From: a virus
Lineage: Duplodnaviria; Caudoviricetes
Length of the DNA: 64,000 nucleotides
Strand: one strand, 5' to 3'
IMG/VR virus record: IMGVR_UViG_3300032257_000006
Coordinates: 14,953 to 78,952 of that record
The position numbers were made by a program, and so were the translations under genes. Below are positions 7,189 to 15,263 of this stretch, in pieces; the first letter of the stretch is position 1, and every line of letters starts with the position of its first letter. The notes beneath the pieces are model-generated. The model saw only the letters and a list, made by a program, of their open reading frames with translations, searched no databases and had not been told where the DNA came from.

Positions 7189-7563
7189 TTATCGTCCTGA
7201 GTTACCTACGTTAGTTACTGCCTCTGCAAAATTTTCTAAACTCTCCAAAGCCTCTACTGGTGCGAATCTATTCTGTCCACCAGAGTAATCCTTACGGCCG
7301 TTACACGATCTGAACAATATCTCGCTGCCACTTCCTGCCAGTGGTTCGGATACTTGCACATACACCTTTTCAGTGTGTAACGTGACCTCACCAGATACGG
7401 CAATGCCGCCCTTATTAACGCTCAGGTCATACTGCCACTTGTCCAACCCCATCGCCTTAGCTAGGTTACGTAACGCCTTTTTACATTCAACATGAAACGT
7501 AGCTTTGTTCCTTTCGTTGTAGCAAATTTGCGACTTCATTATTAACGATAATTTTTTACTCAT
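7189..7563 (-). CDS. conserved hypothetical protein of mobile elements
   Basis: NKGGIAVSGEVTLH and FRSCNGRKDYSGGQN motifs; start refined to ATG at 7563 behind AGGAGAA. Confidence 0.75.
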   Translation of the reverse strand: MSKKLSLIMKSQICYNERNKATFHVECKKALRNLAKAMGLDKWQYDLSVNKGGIAVSGEVTLHTEKVYVQVSEPLAGSGSEILFRSCNGRKDYSGGQNRFAPVEALESLENFAEAVTNVGNSGR

Positions 7564-7583
7564 TTTAAAATTCTCCTGAAATA

Positions 7584-7599
7584 TTCGGACATGTCCGAG
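7584..7599. repeat. 16-bp palindrome copy 4, TTCGGACATGTCCGAG
   Basis: Upstream of the RBS of the 7563 gene. Confidence 0.9.
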
Positions 7600-7640
7600 A
7601 ATAAAAGGGCAGTACCTCAAGGGCTAGGTACTACCAAACA

Positions 7641-7789
7641 TGGTGGCGGTTGCTGGGCTCGGCCTTTGTTATCCAGCGTTAGGTTGCTTGAGCGTTTTCG
7701 ATTGGTTGTACATAAGACTCTGTAAAGTCTCATACACATAATCTACTTGCTCGTTGCACCATCAAGAGCAGCTTACAGGCTGCACCACC
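7641..7789 (-). ncRNA. candidate ~150-nt structured RNA closed by a terminal helix ending in ACCA
   Basis: 5' GGTGGT pairs with 3' ACCGCC followed by ACCA; internal hairpins GCAGC/GCTGC, a 12-bp stem with G-U pairs (GTGTATGAGACT/AGTCTTATGTAC) and GCTGG/CCAGC; no ORF in the track. Confidence 0.45.
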
Positions 7790-7795
7790 ATAAAC

Positions 7796-8386
7796 TTAAC
7801 TTTTGTAAAGGAAGTGAGTTCCGCCGTCATAGGCTTCCCAATAGTATCCACGCTCTTCTACAAATTTATTTAATTGGTTGTGTACCATCATGGTATACAT
7901 AGTTTCGTCTGGGTCTGTCTCCCACGCATCATTACTAAATGCTTGCATACCCTCGATGTAGCTACCTTCGCCAGACCACACAAGTCTCCTTTGGCTATTA
8001 TCAAACTCACCGCCGTCCTTAAACCAACAGCCTGGAAACGCTAATTTTAGTTCGCCCAAGATTTTCTTCTTCTCTTCCATAAAGTCTTGTTCAATAAGTC
8101 CGTCAGCTTCTACCATTTGCTCAGAGCTAACAGCTGGAACTATAAAATCAACTGGCGTCATTCTTAATGTCATTGTGTTACTAACTTGTGTACTTTCGCA
8201 CAGTTCAATAATTTCCTTAAGCGTTTCTATGTAGGTAGAAGCGTCTTCAAAATTATCTCTATACTCAGGGTCGTTAGTTAGCATAAATTCTACTGCCGTA
8301 ATTTTACGGCTTTCAATTTTCTTATCTAGTCTAAGTTTAATCGTTGTCAGTAACTTAGTCTTGTAAGCTGTCTCTTGGCTACTCAT
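7796..8386 (-). CDS. hypothetical protein
   Basis: 196-aa ORF with RBS beside palindrome copy 5. Confidence 0.8.
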   Translation of the reverse strand: MSSQETAYKTKLLTTIKLRLDKKIESRKITAVEFMLTNDPEYRDNFEDASTYIETLKEIIELCESTQVSNTMTLRMTPVDFIVPAVSSEQMVEADGLIEQDFMEEKKKILGELKLAFPGCWFKDGGEFDNSQRRLVWSGEGSYIEGMQAFSNDAWETDPDETMYTMMVHNQLNKFVEERGYYWEAYDGGTHFLYKS

Positions 8387-8397
8387 GATATTTTCCT

Positions 8398-8413
8398 TTC
8401 GGACATGTCCGAA
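8398..8413. repeat. 16-bp palindrome copy 5, TTCGGACATGTCCGAA
   Basis: Between the stop at 8416 and the next RBS. Confidence 0.95.
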
Positions 8414-8415
8414 TG

Positions 8416-8619
8416 TTATTGGCCGATAATATCGAAACTAGTACTGGCCATTTTAATTTGCACATCAAATCCCAGATCTTTAATTTTACGCAGCTGGTCA
8501 CGACTTAATGTTTTTGTTCCTGCTAACTGACAAAAACTTTTAGCATTGTCATCTACAGGGTAGGCAAGTTCTTTGCCGTATTGTTGCTTTACTTCAATTG
8601 TAACAGTTGGTTTAATCAT
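8416..8619 (-). CDS. hypothetical protein
   Basis: 67 aa, ATGA coupling, YGKELAYP motif. Confidence 0.7.
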   Translation of the reverse strand: MIKPTVTIEVKQQYGKELAYPVDDNAKSFCQLAGTKTLSRDQLRKIKDLGFDVQIKMASTSFDIIGQ

Positions 8620-8822
8620 GTCATTATTCCTAAGTCTCTAGGCGTTGCCAGTCTAGCTGACGCCATCTTATATTTTTTACCATACTGATTTTCTAGTGCA
8701 CCTTTCTCTGCACCTTCTTTAGTTTTGGATGCGACAATTTTAGTGCCGCCTCCGATACGTACCACCCACTTTTTAACTTTGCGAGTGCTCCAATATTCTT
8801 CTGCATTAAATTCTTCACTCAT
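8616..8822 (-). CDS. hypothetical protein
   Basis: Track ORF 8616-8957; likelier start is MSEEF at 8822 behind GAGGTGG. Confidence 0.6.
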   Translation of the reverse strand: MSEEFNAEEYWSTRKVKKWVVRIGGGTKIVASKTKEGAEKGALENQYGKKYKMASARLATPRDLGIMT

Positions 8823-8877
8823 CAGGTTTTTCCACCTCTGTGATACAGGTCTACAGAGTACTATACATAGCTGCACC

Positions 8878-9210
8878 TTAGACCATTTTATTAAACGCAA
8901 CACCGTGATAGTACCTTTGCTTTTTCTGCTTCTTACTACGTGAATAACAATCAGCAACCATCTCCCAGTACTTGTCTTCTTTCCACTGGTGAACAGAGTA
9001 ATAACCTTTATCAGCTAGTGTATAACCTAGGCTGCACAGGTCATTTAATCTGTCTTCTTGCATCGATGCTCTATGCCTGGCTAATTGGTAGTGATACCCT
9101 GCATCATGTTCAAACGCTGCATCTTCTCCAGCCGTTTCTGTGTCTGTAAAATTACAGATACGTTCAGCTCTTGTGCCGTCTTCCTGTTCATAAATAATTT
9201 TAAATTTCAC
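8878..9210 (-). CDS. hypothetical protein
   Basis: 110 aa, GTG start with AGGAGG RBS. Confidence 0.7.
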   Translation of the reverse strand: MKFKIIYEQEDGTRAERICNFTDTETAGEDAAFEHDAGYHYQLARHRASMQEDRLNDLCSLGYTLADKGYYSVHQWKEDKYWEMVADCYSRSKKQKKQRYYHGVAFNKMV

Positions 9211-9370
9211 GCCGCCTCCTAATAGCTTCTTGCGCAGATTCTCTACGCTCTCTAGTCATTACTTTATGTTCGAGACTAACAACATACATAATGTGAGTAT
9301 TACATTTATGTTTGCTGTCTTCCAACATGAACATAGCATGAAGTATAGTCATTACTCTTTCAGGGTTCAC
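9200..9370 (-). CDS. hypothetical protein
   Basis: Start refined to GTG at 9370 behind AGGAG, next to palindrome copy 6. Confidence 0.6.
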   Translation of the reverse strand: MNPERVMTILHAMFMLEDSKHKCNTHIMYVVSLEHKVMTRERRESAQEAIRRRREI

Positions 9371-9386
9371 GTCGTCTCCTTTAGCT

Positions 9387-9402
9387 TTCGGACATGTCCT
9401 AA
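9387..9402. repeat. 16-bp palindrome copy 6, TTCGGACATGTCCTAA
   Basis: Overlaps the TAG stop at 9399. Confidence 0.9.
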
Positions 9403-9623
9403 AGTCCCAAAACCTTTCTAGCTTTCTCATCCGACATTATATGGTCGTACATACTGTTACACATACGTTGTCTCAAGTTGCCGCACTTAGGCTCGCTATC
9501 AACATCATAGCCATTCATTAATAAATAAAACTCAGCCAACGCGGCCTCAGTCTTAAGCGTAATAGTGACAGGTTGAAACTCTTTAGCCTGTTCTACTCTA
9601 AAATCTAAATATGTGTCAGCCAT
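9399..9623 (-). CDS. hypothetical protein
   Basis: 74 aa; its TAG stop lies inside palindrome copy 6. Confidence 0.7.
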   Translation of the reverse strand: MADTYLDFRVEQAKEFQPVTITLKTEAALAEFYLLMNGYDVDSEPKCGNLRQRMCNSMYDHIMSDEKARKVLGL

Positions 9624-10242
9624 CTTTTCTTACTCCAGTTAGTGTATAAAGATCTGTGAACGTTTCTTCACAGTTGTTACAAAATACTTCTTGTGTGCCG
9701 ATGCCAGTATCGCCGTTAAAACTACCAGCAATATCTAGCGCATTACTTTTGCAGAATGGGCAGCGGTTGCCGCCGTTGGTTACGTACTCATCCTTCATAC
9801 TTTTAGTAAATACATGCTTAGCCGGTTCAATAATTTCATCCGGCTTATATACTTTAAGCAGTACACTAAAAATAACCTCACCATAAGGTTCAGCCATTCT
9901 CAACGCGGCTCTGTTCTTGGCCGCCATACCTTTAAGTAAATTCCTGGCCAGCTCTATATCTTTAGTAACTGAAATGCCTTGCGCTAACTCTTTCATCGCA
10001 GCTGTATCACTGTCACGCACTATCTTTTTCATAGCGTCATTTATACCGTCTCTATGTTCAGCAACACCAGCGCTAATTTTAGCGTCTACTTTATCACTCG
10101 CTCTACTCGTACAAGCTTGGCAACGTGTAACTCCGTGCTGTATACACTTAGCAGGGCCTATCTCGAATAAAAATAGTTTATTTATTTCCTTCTGCATCGG
10201 TGTGTCATACAGTTCTGGATCAATATAATTATATTCAGCCAT
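9616..10242 (-). CDS. hypothetical protein with a C-terminal zinc ribbon
   Basis: CPFC...CNNC and an N-terminal C..H....CQAC. Confidence 0.75.
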   Translation of the reverse strand: MAEYNYIDPELYDTPMQKEINKLFLFEIGPAKCIQHGVTRCQACTSRASDKVDAKISAGVAEHRDGINDAMKKIVRDSDTAAMKELAQGISVTKDIELARNLLKGMAAKNRAALRMAEPYGEVIFSVLLKVYKPDEIIEPAKHVFTKSMKDEYVTNGGNRCPFCKSNALDIAGSFNGDTGIGTQEVFCNNCEETFTDLYTLTGVRKDG

Positions 10243-10261
10243 TTTAATTTGCTCCTTAGTT

Positions 10262-10277
10262 TTCGGACTTGTCCGAA
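10262..10277. repeat. 16-bp palindrome copy 7, TTCGGACTTGTCCGAA
   Basis: Between the stop at 10281 and the next RBS. Confidence 0.95.
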
Positions 10278-10280
10278 TAT

Positions 10281-10799
10281 TTAATCAGGCTCACCTACAA
10301 AGTTAGCTAGAGCCAGTTCTAATGTTTCATACCTGCATTTTTGTGGTTGACGATCAAACGAACCACCGTAACTATAAGGCCAAGCGATATGGCCTTCCCA
10401 ACTTAGCAGAGCCAGTACATTGTTTGGTGAATATGAAATGGTTAAGTTCTTGTCTTCTGTATTTTTTAAGCAGACGTAATAGTCTTTGTGGTGAGTTACT
10501 GTCCATTCACCTGCGGCCCCAGTTAACTTGTCACCTACTTTAAGTGCGTCTGAGTCTTCAGGTTCCATCGGTTCAATATCTTTCATCCAGCAACAATAAA
10601 AGCACGTAGTATCACCAGACCATGTATGACCTTCTTTCAGTCTGAACATCTTACGTCCAGATTCGTGCTTTGGTTTTTCTTTCACTACTCTAGAATTCAT
10701 ACCTTTATTAAAAAATTCTTCGTAGCCTACATAAACACCAACACCGTGCGGTAATTTATAAGGCCGGCCCAGTTCAAGGTCAGTATATTTTATTGTCAT
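10281..10799 (-). CDS. hypothetical protein
   Basis: Start refined to ATG at 10799 behind AGGAG; flanked by palindrome copies 7 and 8. Confidence 0.75.
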   Translation of the reverse strand: MTIKYTDLELGRPYKLPHGVGVYVGYEEFFNKGMNSRVVKEKPKHESGRKMFRLKEGHTWSGDTTCFYCCWMKDIEPMEPEDSDALKVGDKLTGAAGEWTVTHHKDYYVCLKNTEDKNLTISYSPNNVLALLSWEGHIAWPYSYGGSFDRQPQKCRYETLELALANFVGEPD

Positions 10800-10814
10800 G
10801 ATCGCTCCTATACT

Positions 10815-10830
10815 TTCGGACAAGTCCTAA
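10815..10830. repeat. 16-bp palindrome copy 8, TTCGGACAAGTCCTAA
   Basis: Overlaps the TAG stop at 10827. Confidence 0.9.
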
Positions 10831-11330
10831 AGATTTTCATACCAATCCATGTATGTAGACTTAAGCTCCGCATCGTTATGCAAATTTTCAACCATCTCCT
10901 CTACATTCTCACAGAGATACATGATACGGATAGCGGCCCCAGTTGGTGTATTGTCAGTACGCTCCCAATCAACACCAAACAGAAAAGAAAATTGTGCGTC
11001 CGTTAAAGCAAATGTATCTTCACAATATTGAAACCAAAAGAACACTGCCATATCCTTACTCATATGATCTTTAGTAAATTCCAATCCTTTAACAAATGGC
11101 GCATGCCCTAAAGCACAACCAATAGTCCCACAATTATCTAATGATCTAAACGGCACCCCCTCCAACAAACGTCCATCAGGTTTCCTAGTTATCTGACCGT
11201 AATCAGTTGCAGCATCAACTTCATGCGCAGCATCAACTTCATGCGCTCTATATTCACGCATATCAAATTCTTCTTGTGTTACGTTGTGCATTAAATGTTG
11301 TGCTAATAATAATAAATTTTCTTTAATCAT
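10827..11330 (-). CDS. conserved phage hypothetical protein
   Basis: FDM..Y, CGTIGCALGHAP and DNTPTGAAIRI motifs; contains an 18-bp tandem duplication. Confidence 0.8.
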   Translation of the reverse strand: MIKENLLLLAQHLMHNVTQEEFDMREYRAHEVDAAHEVDAATDYGQITRKPDGRLLEGVPFRSLDNCGTIGCALGHAPFVKGLEFTKDHMSKDMAVFFWFQYCEDTFALTDAQFSFLFGVDWERTDNTPTGAAIRIMYLCENVEEMVENLHNDAELKSTYMDWYENL

Positions 11331-11635
11331 GATGGCTCCTTTATACTTTCAATCATCTCATTGCACTGCTCACCAATAGACTGGATAAGTTTAGCTTTAA
11401 GTAAGTTTATCTTTTCAATATTGGCCAGCTTTACATCATCTTCGTAATAAATTTTTGCGTCTAGTTGCAAACTGTCACAGTCAACGCCGCGCATATCTGG
11501 TTCAAGTCTGAACTTACAGTCGCCTTCAAACTGAGCTGTCTGAAGACTAGTAAACTTTACTTTGCCCGTCGGTACAGGTGCGAAGATAGTACATTTGTCA
11601 TAGTCATCTAAGTGGTTGCATTTTGTTTGGCTCAT
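11327..11635 (-). CDS. hypothetical protein
   Basis: Start refined to MSQTK at 11635 behind AAGGA, next to palindrome copy 9. Confidence 0.7.
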   Translation of the reverse strand: MSQTKCNHLDDYDKCTIFAPVPTGKVKFTSLQTAQFEGDCKFRLEPDMRGVDCDSLQLDAKIYYEDDVKLANIEKINLLKAKLIQSIGEQCNEMIESIKEPS

Positions 11636-11645
11636 AATTTTTCCT

Positions 11646-11661
11646 TTAGGACTTGTCCGAA
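11646..11661. repeat. 16-bp palindrome copy 9, TTAGGACTTGTCCGAA
   Basis: Between the stop at 11674 and the next RBS. Confidence 0.9.
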
Positions 11662-11673
11662 ACTGTATTCCAG

Positions 11674-11862
11674 TTACATCCACATAACATCTGCATAAGC
11701 ATTTCTATTAGCCGATACAGCATGTGAAAAGATTCGTTGTTTACAATGGTTAATAAGTTTAGTTACTTTATCTTGGTCACACTCTGGATAATCAAAAATA
11801 GTTGACCGCAACTTGCGCACCAATCGTTCAAGTTCTTTAGTTCTTTCAGGTGTTAAATTCAT
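11674..11862 (-). CDS. hypothetical protein
   Basis: 62 aa with GGAG RBS. Confidence 0.65.
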   Translation of the reverse strand: MNLTPERTKELERLVRKLRSTIFDYPECDQDKVTKLINHCKQRIFSHAVSANRNAYADVMWM

Positions 11863-11883
11863 AAGGTCTCCAGTGTAATAAGT

Positions 11884-12540
11884 GAATCTGTTTTAAATGT
11901 AAACAAACAGATTTAGTTATCACACTGAAAGTAAGTACTAGCTGCCAGTGTACCTAACATCATTTGTAATGCGCTGAGCTTAGCTCCTTTGCGTTGTTAC
12001 AAGTGTTAGCCAGTGACTGACCCTTACTTTCAATGTAGTCACTCCTCAGACCTTTTCGGTCTAACCATAAATTACCTGCGTTGCATTATCATGTCTTACG
12101 TGCTGCACATTAAGCCAATGGGTTCCAAGTCAGTTAGTTTGCTCAGGTGTTAGTCCTATCTAGAGCCGTTGTATTATTTGAACAGCTCTCGGACATGTCC
12201 GAAAAAACTCTAACCAGTTACCGCTTATATACTCAGGGTCTTACAGTTGGTTACGAATCGCGGGTAGCAATTCATATATAGTAACCAATCAAGCCAGCAC
12301 TGCTTGCAACGATCACACTCTGTGATCCGTACAGTTCTCTACAGTAATTTGTCGAGTGAGGTCTCGGCTTGTCAGGCCGAGCACCATTTAATCTAGTTGT
12401 TAATTAGCACGTCTCTAGGACTTGCACCGGCTTGGGGCCGCTGCCGCGTTTACTCATCACCTGTACAATCTGTGATGCCTTTAGTAAGGGTCAGTTAACA
12501 TATACGTTAACAACCTGGCCCTTAGTGAAAGCTTCACTCA
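11884..12540. ncRNA. hairpin- and pseudoknot-rich non-coding region, candidate structured RNA(s)
   Basis: No ORF of 60 aa or more over ~830 bp; at least 8 inverted repeats, including a 10-bp and a 7-bp helix that interleave. Confidence 0.45.
12188..12203. repeat. 16-bp palindrome copy 10, CTCGGACATGTCCGAA
   Basis: Within the non-coding hairpin region. Confidence 0.9.
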
Positions 12541-12624
12541 AATACAATGCTGATGACCATCAAGGCCAGTTCAACCCAAATTAGCTCTAACATGTCGTTC
12601 TCCATAAATGCTTCTAAAATATCT

Positions 12625-12640
12625 CTCGGACAAGTCCGAA
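12625..12640. repeat. 16-bp palindrome copy 11, CTCGGACAAGTCCGAA
   Basis: Within the non-coding region. Confidence 0.9.
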
Positions 12641-12690
12641 AGTTGCGTTATATCAATTAGCTATTACTAATTGAGGTAGATCAAAAAATA

Positions 12691-12879
12691 TTACAGCCTT
12701 ATTAGTCCCATCAATAACAGTGTCATAATTACCGCTATGGACAGTACTAATAATAGTCGCTCTCCTAAGTATCTGAGTGAGCCACCTAAAGTACCATATT
12801 TAATACCTTCAACTATCCACTCAACTATTTTATAAATTGCAACAACTGCCAGTATAAATCCTAGTCCAGTCAAAAACAT
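12691..12879 (-). CDS. small membrane protein (2 predicted TM)
   Basis: 62 aa with two long hydrophobic segments. Confidence 0.7.
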   Translation of the reverse strand: MFLTGLGFILAVVAIYKIVEWIVEGIKYGTLGGSLRYLGERLLLVLSIAVIMTLLLMGLIRL

Positions 12880-12886
12880 ATAATTC

Positions 12887-12976
12887 CTACCCTATCCACC
12901 AAACCACTGCGCTTGATACAACCAGTACTACTGTAAGCGCCACTATCAGCCTTGCTATTATCTGATCTTTATTCAT
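12887..12976 (-). CDS. small single-TM protein (29 aa, below track cutoff)
   Basis: MNKDQIIARLIVALTVVLVVSSAVVWWIG with a perfect AGGAGG RBS. Confidence 0.7.
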   Translation of the reverse strand: MNKDQIIARLIVALTVVLVVSSAVVWWIG

Positions 12977-12988
12977 GACGCGGCCTCC

Positions 12989-13144
12989 TTAAGGTCTAAA
13001 GTAAGCCATTACACAAAGTACAGCTACTGCACCTAATATAATGGTCATGTCTATTCTAAATGCCCTACGTATGCGCTGATCTTCTAGCTGTGCATCGTAG
13101 TAGCGGTAGTCTTTCTTAATCATCTGGCCGTTACGGTTAGTCAT
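12989..13144 (-). CDS. small C-terminal-TM protein (51 aa, below track cutoff)
   Basis: MTNRNGQMIKKDYRYYDAQLEDQRIRRAFRIDMTIILGAVAVLCVMAYFRP; GAGGT RBS after palindrome copy 12. Confidence 0.65.
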   Translation of the reverse strand: MTNRNGQMIKKDYRYYDAQLEDQRIRRAFRIDMTIILGAVAVLCVMAYFRP

Positions 13145-13166
13145 CTCATTTACCTCTGTCTTTAGT

Positions 13167-13182
13167 TTAGGACAAGTCCGAA
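13167..13182. repeat. 16-bp palindrome copy 12, TTAGGACAAGTCCGAA
   Basis: About 40 bp downstream of the -10 box of the consensus promoter. Confidence 0.9.
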
Positions 13183-13223
13183 AGTTTTACTGCTTCGGAC
13201 GCTTTCCTCCATTTCTAGGTACC

Positions 13224-13252
13224 ATTATACACCTATTATTAGGATATGTCAA
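13224..13252 (-). promoter_or_regulatory. consensus sigma70 promoter driving the leftward early operon
   Basis: Minus strand TTGACA (13247-13252), 17-bp spacer, TATAAT (13224-13229). Confidence 0.9.
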
Positions 13253-13260
13253 TACCTCAG

Positions 13261-14245
13261 TATTAGAGTATTGGAGTATTAAGGTTTGAATGTGTTTGTA
13301 CAGTTTTTGTGTTTTTGAGTGGTTTGTATAGTCAGGTCGTCACCTTAAAATATTAGCGTATTAGAGTATTTAGGCTTATTTTATTTGATATGCATGAGGT
13401 GTGCCAGAATTCTGTTTACACGTTTCCGTTCATCTCTTTTATTGATGGTGATGACTAACGGTAACGTGTCCTCTTTTTGGTTTAATATGTCCGCGATAAT
13501 ATTAGAGTATCTATGTATGCCCTGTTTTTTAGGTGGCGGTGGTATTTTAGGTTTTGTGTGGCGTCCTTATAGTATCGGTGATTGTGTGAGGTGTACCTGT
13601 GTGGCGGTTTCAACGCGGCCCCCGTATTTTTGAGGGTTCGTTTTCCTCCTTTACATTAAAAAACGTTTTTCAAAAAACACCTAGTCTCAGACAAATAATA
13701 TTAGAGTAACCCTATATTACACAGTAATTTTTTAAAGAAGCCGAAAAAGAAGACCCTATGTCGCTAAAAAGTTGTTTGTCAGAACGCGGGGGCTTGTTCC
13801 GAAATTTAGCTGATTTGGAAGTCTACCCCCCTTCACCTAGGGCGAGCTAAATGCCCAATGTAGGATACACCCTTACTTATATATAATAATAAAAAAAATA
13901 ATTTAATATTATATATATAGACATGCTGCGCATGCTGTGAGAACTGTAGATAGCCCTGAAAGCCCGCCACAGCAGCCTCTCAGCCCTCTGGGGCCGCGTC
14001 CTTACTTACAACCCATTGTGCTAACTGTTTGATTTACTTAGATATTTAAAATGGCGAGATCTGCCAGACTGGGGCCGCGGCCCTAATTTTATTCACGGCC
14101 AGGTTTTGCTCAGGGATTTTAATCTTACGGTTACACTGGGGCGGCGATGTGGAAGTGAACGCGGCCCTAATAAAAGTTAAAAAGGATTTTTCCTTAGGGG
14201 ATTTCCAATTAACCATTATTAAAAAATATATATAGGGCGGCGGCG
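13261..14245. other. non-coding origin/terminus-like region
   Basis: Four TATTAGAGTA direct repeats (13261, 13359, 13500, 13699); 43-nt pure A/T tract 13877-13919; repeated CTGGGGC(C/G)GCG and GCGGCCCTAAT motifs 13988-14171. Confidence 0.5.
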
Positions 14246-14264
14246 AAAATCACAAAATCCAGAC

Positions 14265-14296
14265 GTCAAAAAGCCCGCTTTAAAAAGCAGGCTTTA
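14265..14296 (-). terminator. intrinsic terminator
   Basis: Minus strand AAAGCCTGCTTT-TT-AAAGCGGGCTTT followed by a T run. Confidence 0.75.
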
Positions 14297-14309
14297 TTTT
14301 CGTTTTATT

Positions 14310-14325
14310 TTCGGATAAGTCCGAA
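14310..14325. repeat. 16-bp palindrome copy 13, TTCGGATAAGTCCGAA
   Basis: Between the stop at 14329 and the terminator. Confidence 0.85.
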
Positions 14326-14328
14326 AGT

Positions 14329-14487
14329 TTAGACTTCTGAAAATTCCTTCAATTGTACAGGGGCGGGCAAATTCTGATTAGCCATACTGGCAACAAGGGC
14401 GGCGAGTGCCTCGTGTTTTCCAGCGCCGCTAGAATAAAAAACTTGTGTATGCTTTGAGAATTTAAAAACGATTTTAAATAACTTCAT
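14329..14487 (-). CDS. small hypothetical protein (52 aa, below track cutoff)
   Basis: MKLFKIVFKFSKHTQVFYSSGAGKHEALAALVASMANQNLPAPVQLKEFSEV; AAGGT RBS; its stop abuts palindrome copy 13. Confidence 0.6.
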   Translation of the reverse strand: MKLFKIVFKFSKHTQVFYSSGAGKHEALAALVASMANQNLPAPVQLKEFSEV

Positions 14488-14515
14488 ATCTTGCACCTTG
14501 AATTAGTCAGTAGAT

Positions 14516-14536
14516 AGGGGCGGCATTGCCGCCCCT
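14516..14536. terminator. GC-rich stem-loop directly after the 14545 stop
   Basis: AGGGGCGGC-ATT-GCCGCCCCT, 9-bp perfect stem; poor U-tail, so it may be an mRNA stabiliser. Confidence 0.5.
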
Positions 14537-14544
14537 GTTGTGGT

Positions 14545-15177
14545 TTACGCCGCTTTTGTGCGTTGCTTAGCTACCGCATCAACCGCACTAGCTAAAACCG
14601 CTTGTAAGCTCTTAAGCTCAGCCATTGCACCTACTGTTTCAAGGTCTGCTATTAAGGCACTGATTTTGTCGAATGTTTGAGCCGTATCCATTAGGCCTGA
14701 TTCAGAAGCCGCCGCCGGTGCCGTTTCATCAGCCGGAGCCGCCGCCGGTGCCATTGCGCCGAACTCAAGTAAACCGTCTTTTAGGGTCGCTTTGATATCC
14801 ACAAGAGCATAGGCTCTAACAACGGCTTTGCGTGCCGCGTCCCAGTTTTTACATTCTGCTTTGCTTTTCTCGCTGTTGTACTGAGTAGAGATAGCCGCTT
14901 TTAGTTCTTTGCCTGTAAGCTTGCCCGCTTTTGTTAACGCCGTAGTGATTTTATTTTTTAACGCCTTATTCGTTTTGTCATTAGTTACGCGGTGCGCCTC
15001 TTTTTCATTATAAAACTCTGTGATTATGCCTTGCACGCTTTGAACGTCGTCGGCCTGAATAAATGCATTTAGACCAGTCGCTATCTTTACGCCGTTCTTA
15101 ACACTTGAGCGGATAGCCGTAACGATTGCTTTTTGTTCAGTTGATAGAGTAGCGATAGTTGTATTTTGAGTAGTCAT
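14545..15177 (-). CDS. Ala/Lys/Thr-rich helical early protein
   Basis: Track ORF 14545-15228; likelier start is MTTQNT at 15177; APAAAPADETAPAAA linker. Confidence 0.8.
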   Translation of the reverse strand: MTTQNTTIATLSTEQKAIVTAIRSSVKNGVKIATGLNAFIQADDVQSVQGIITEFYNEKEAHRVTNDKTNKALKNKITTALTKAGKLTGKELKAAISTQYNSEKSKAECKNWDAARKAVVRAYALVDIKATLKDGLLEFGAMAPAAAPADETAPAAASESGLMDTAQTFDKISALIADLETVGAMAELKSLQAVLASAVDAVAKQRTKAA

Positions 15178-15235
15178 GATATATAAGCCTTTTATAATAT
15201 GGGGGTAGCAGATTTGCGCCTCTTCCATGTGTCTA

Positions 15236-15263
15236 ATAATACGCCTATTAATTAATAATGCAA
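15236..15263 (-). promoter_or_regulatory. second sigma70-like early promoter
   Basis: TTGCAT, 16-bp spacer, TATTAT; shares TAATAGGYGTAT with the 13224 promoter. Confidence 0.6.

Noticed and set aside
12526-12557. Hammerhead ribozyme (GAAA ... CTGATGA present)
   Set aside because: Stems I and II cannot form around the core and stem III would have only 2 bp.
14139-14150. Lambda-like cohesive end (GGGCGGCGATGT versus GGGCGGCGACCT)
   Set aside because: The match is partial and lies among many similar GC motifs, so it cannot be called without terminus data, although the gpA-like terminase makes cos packaging plausible.
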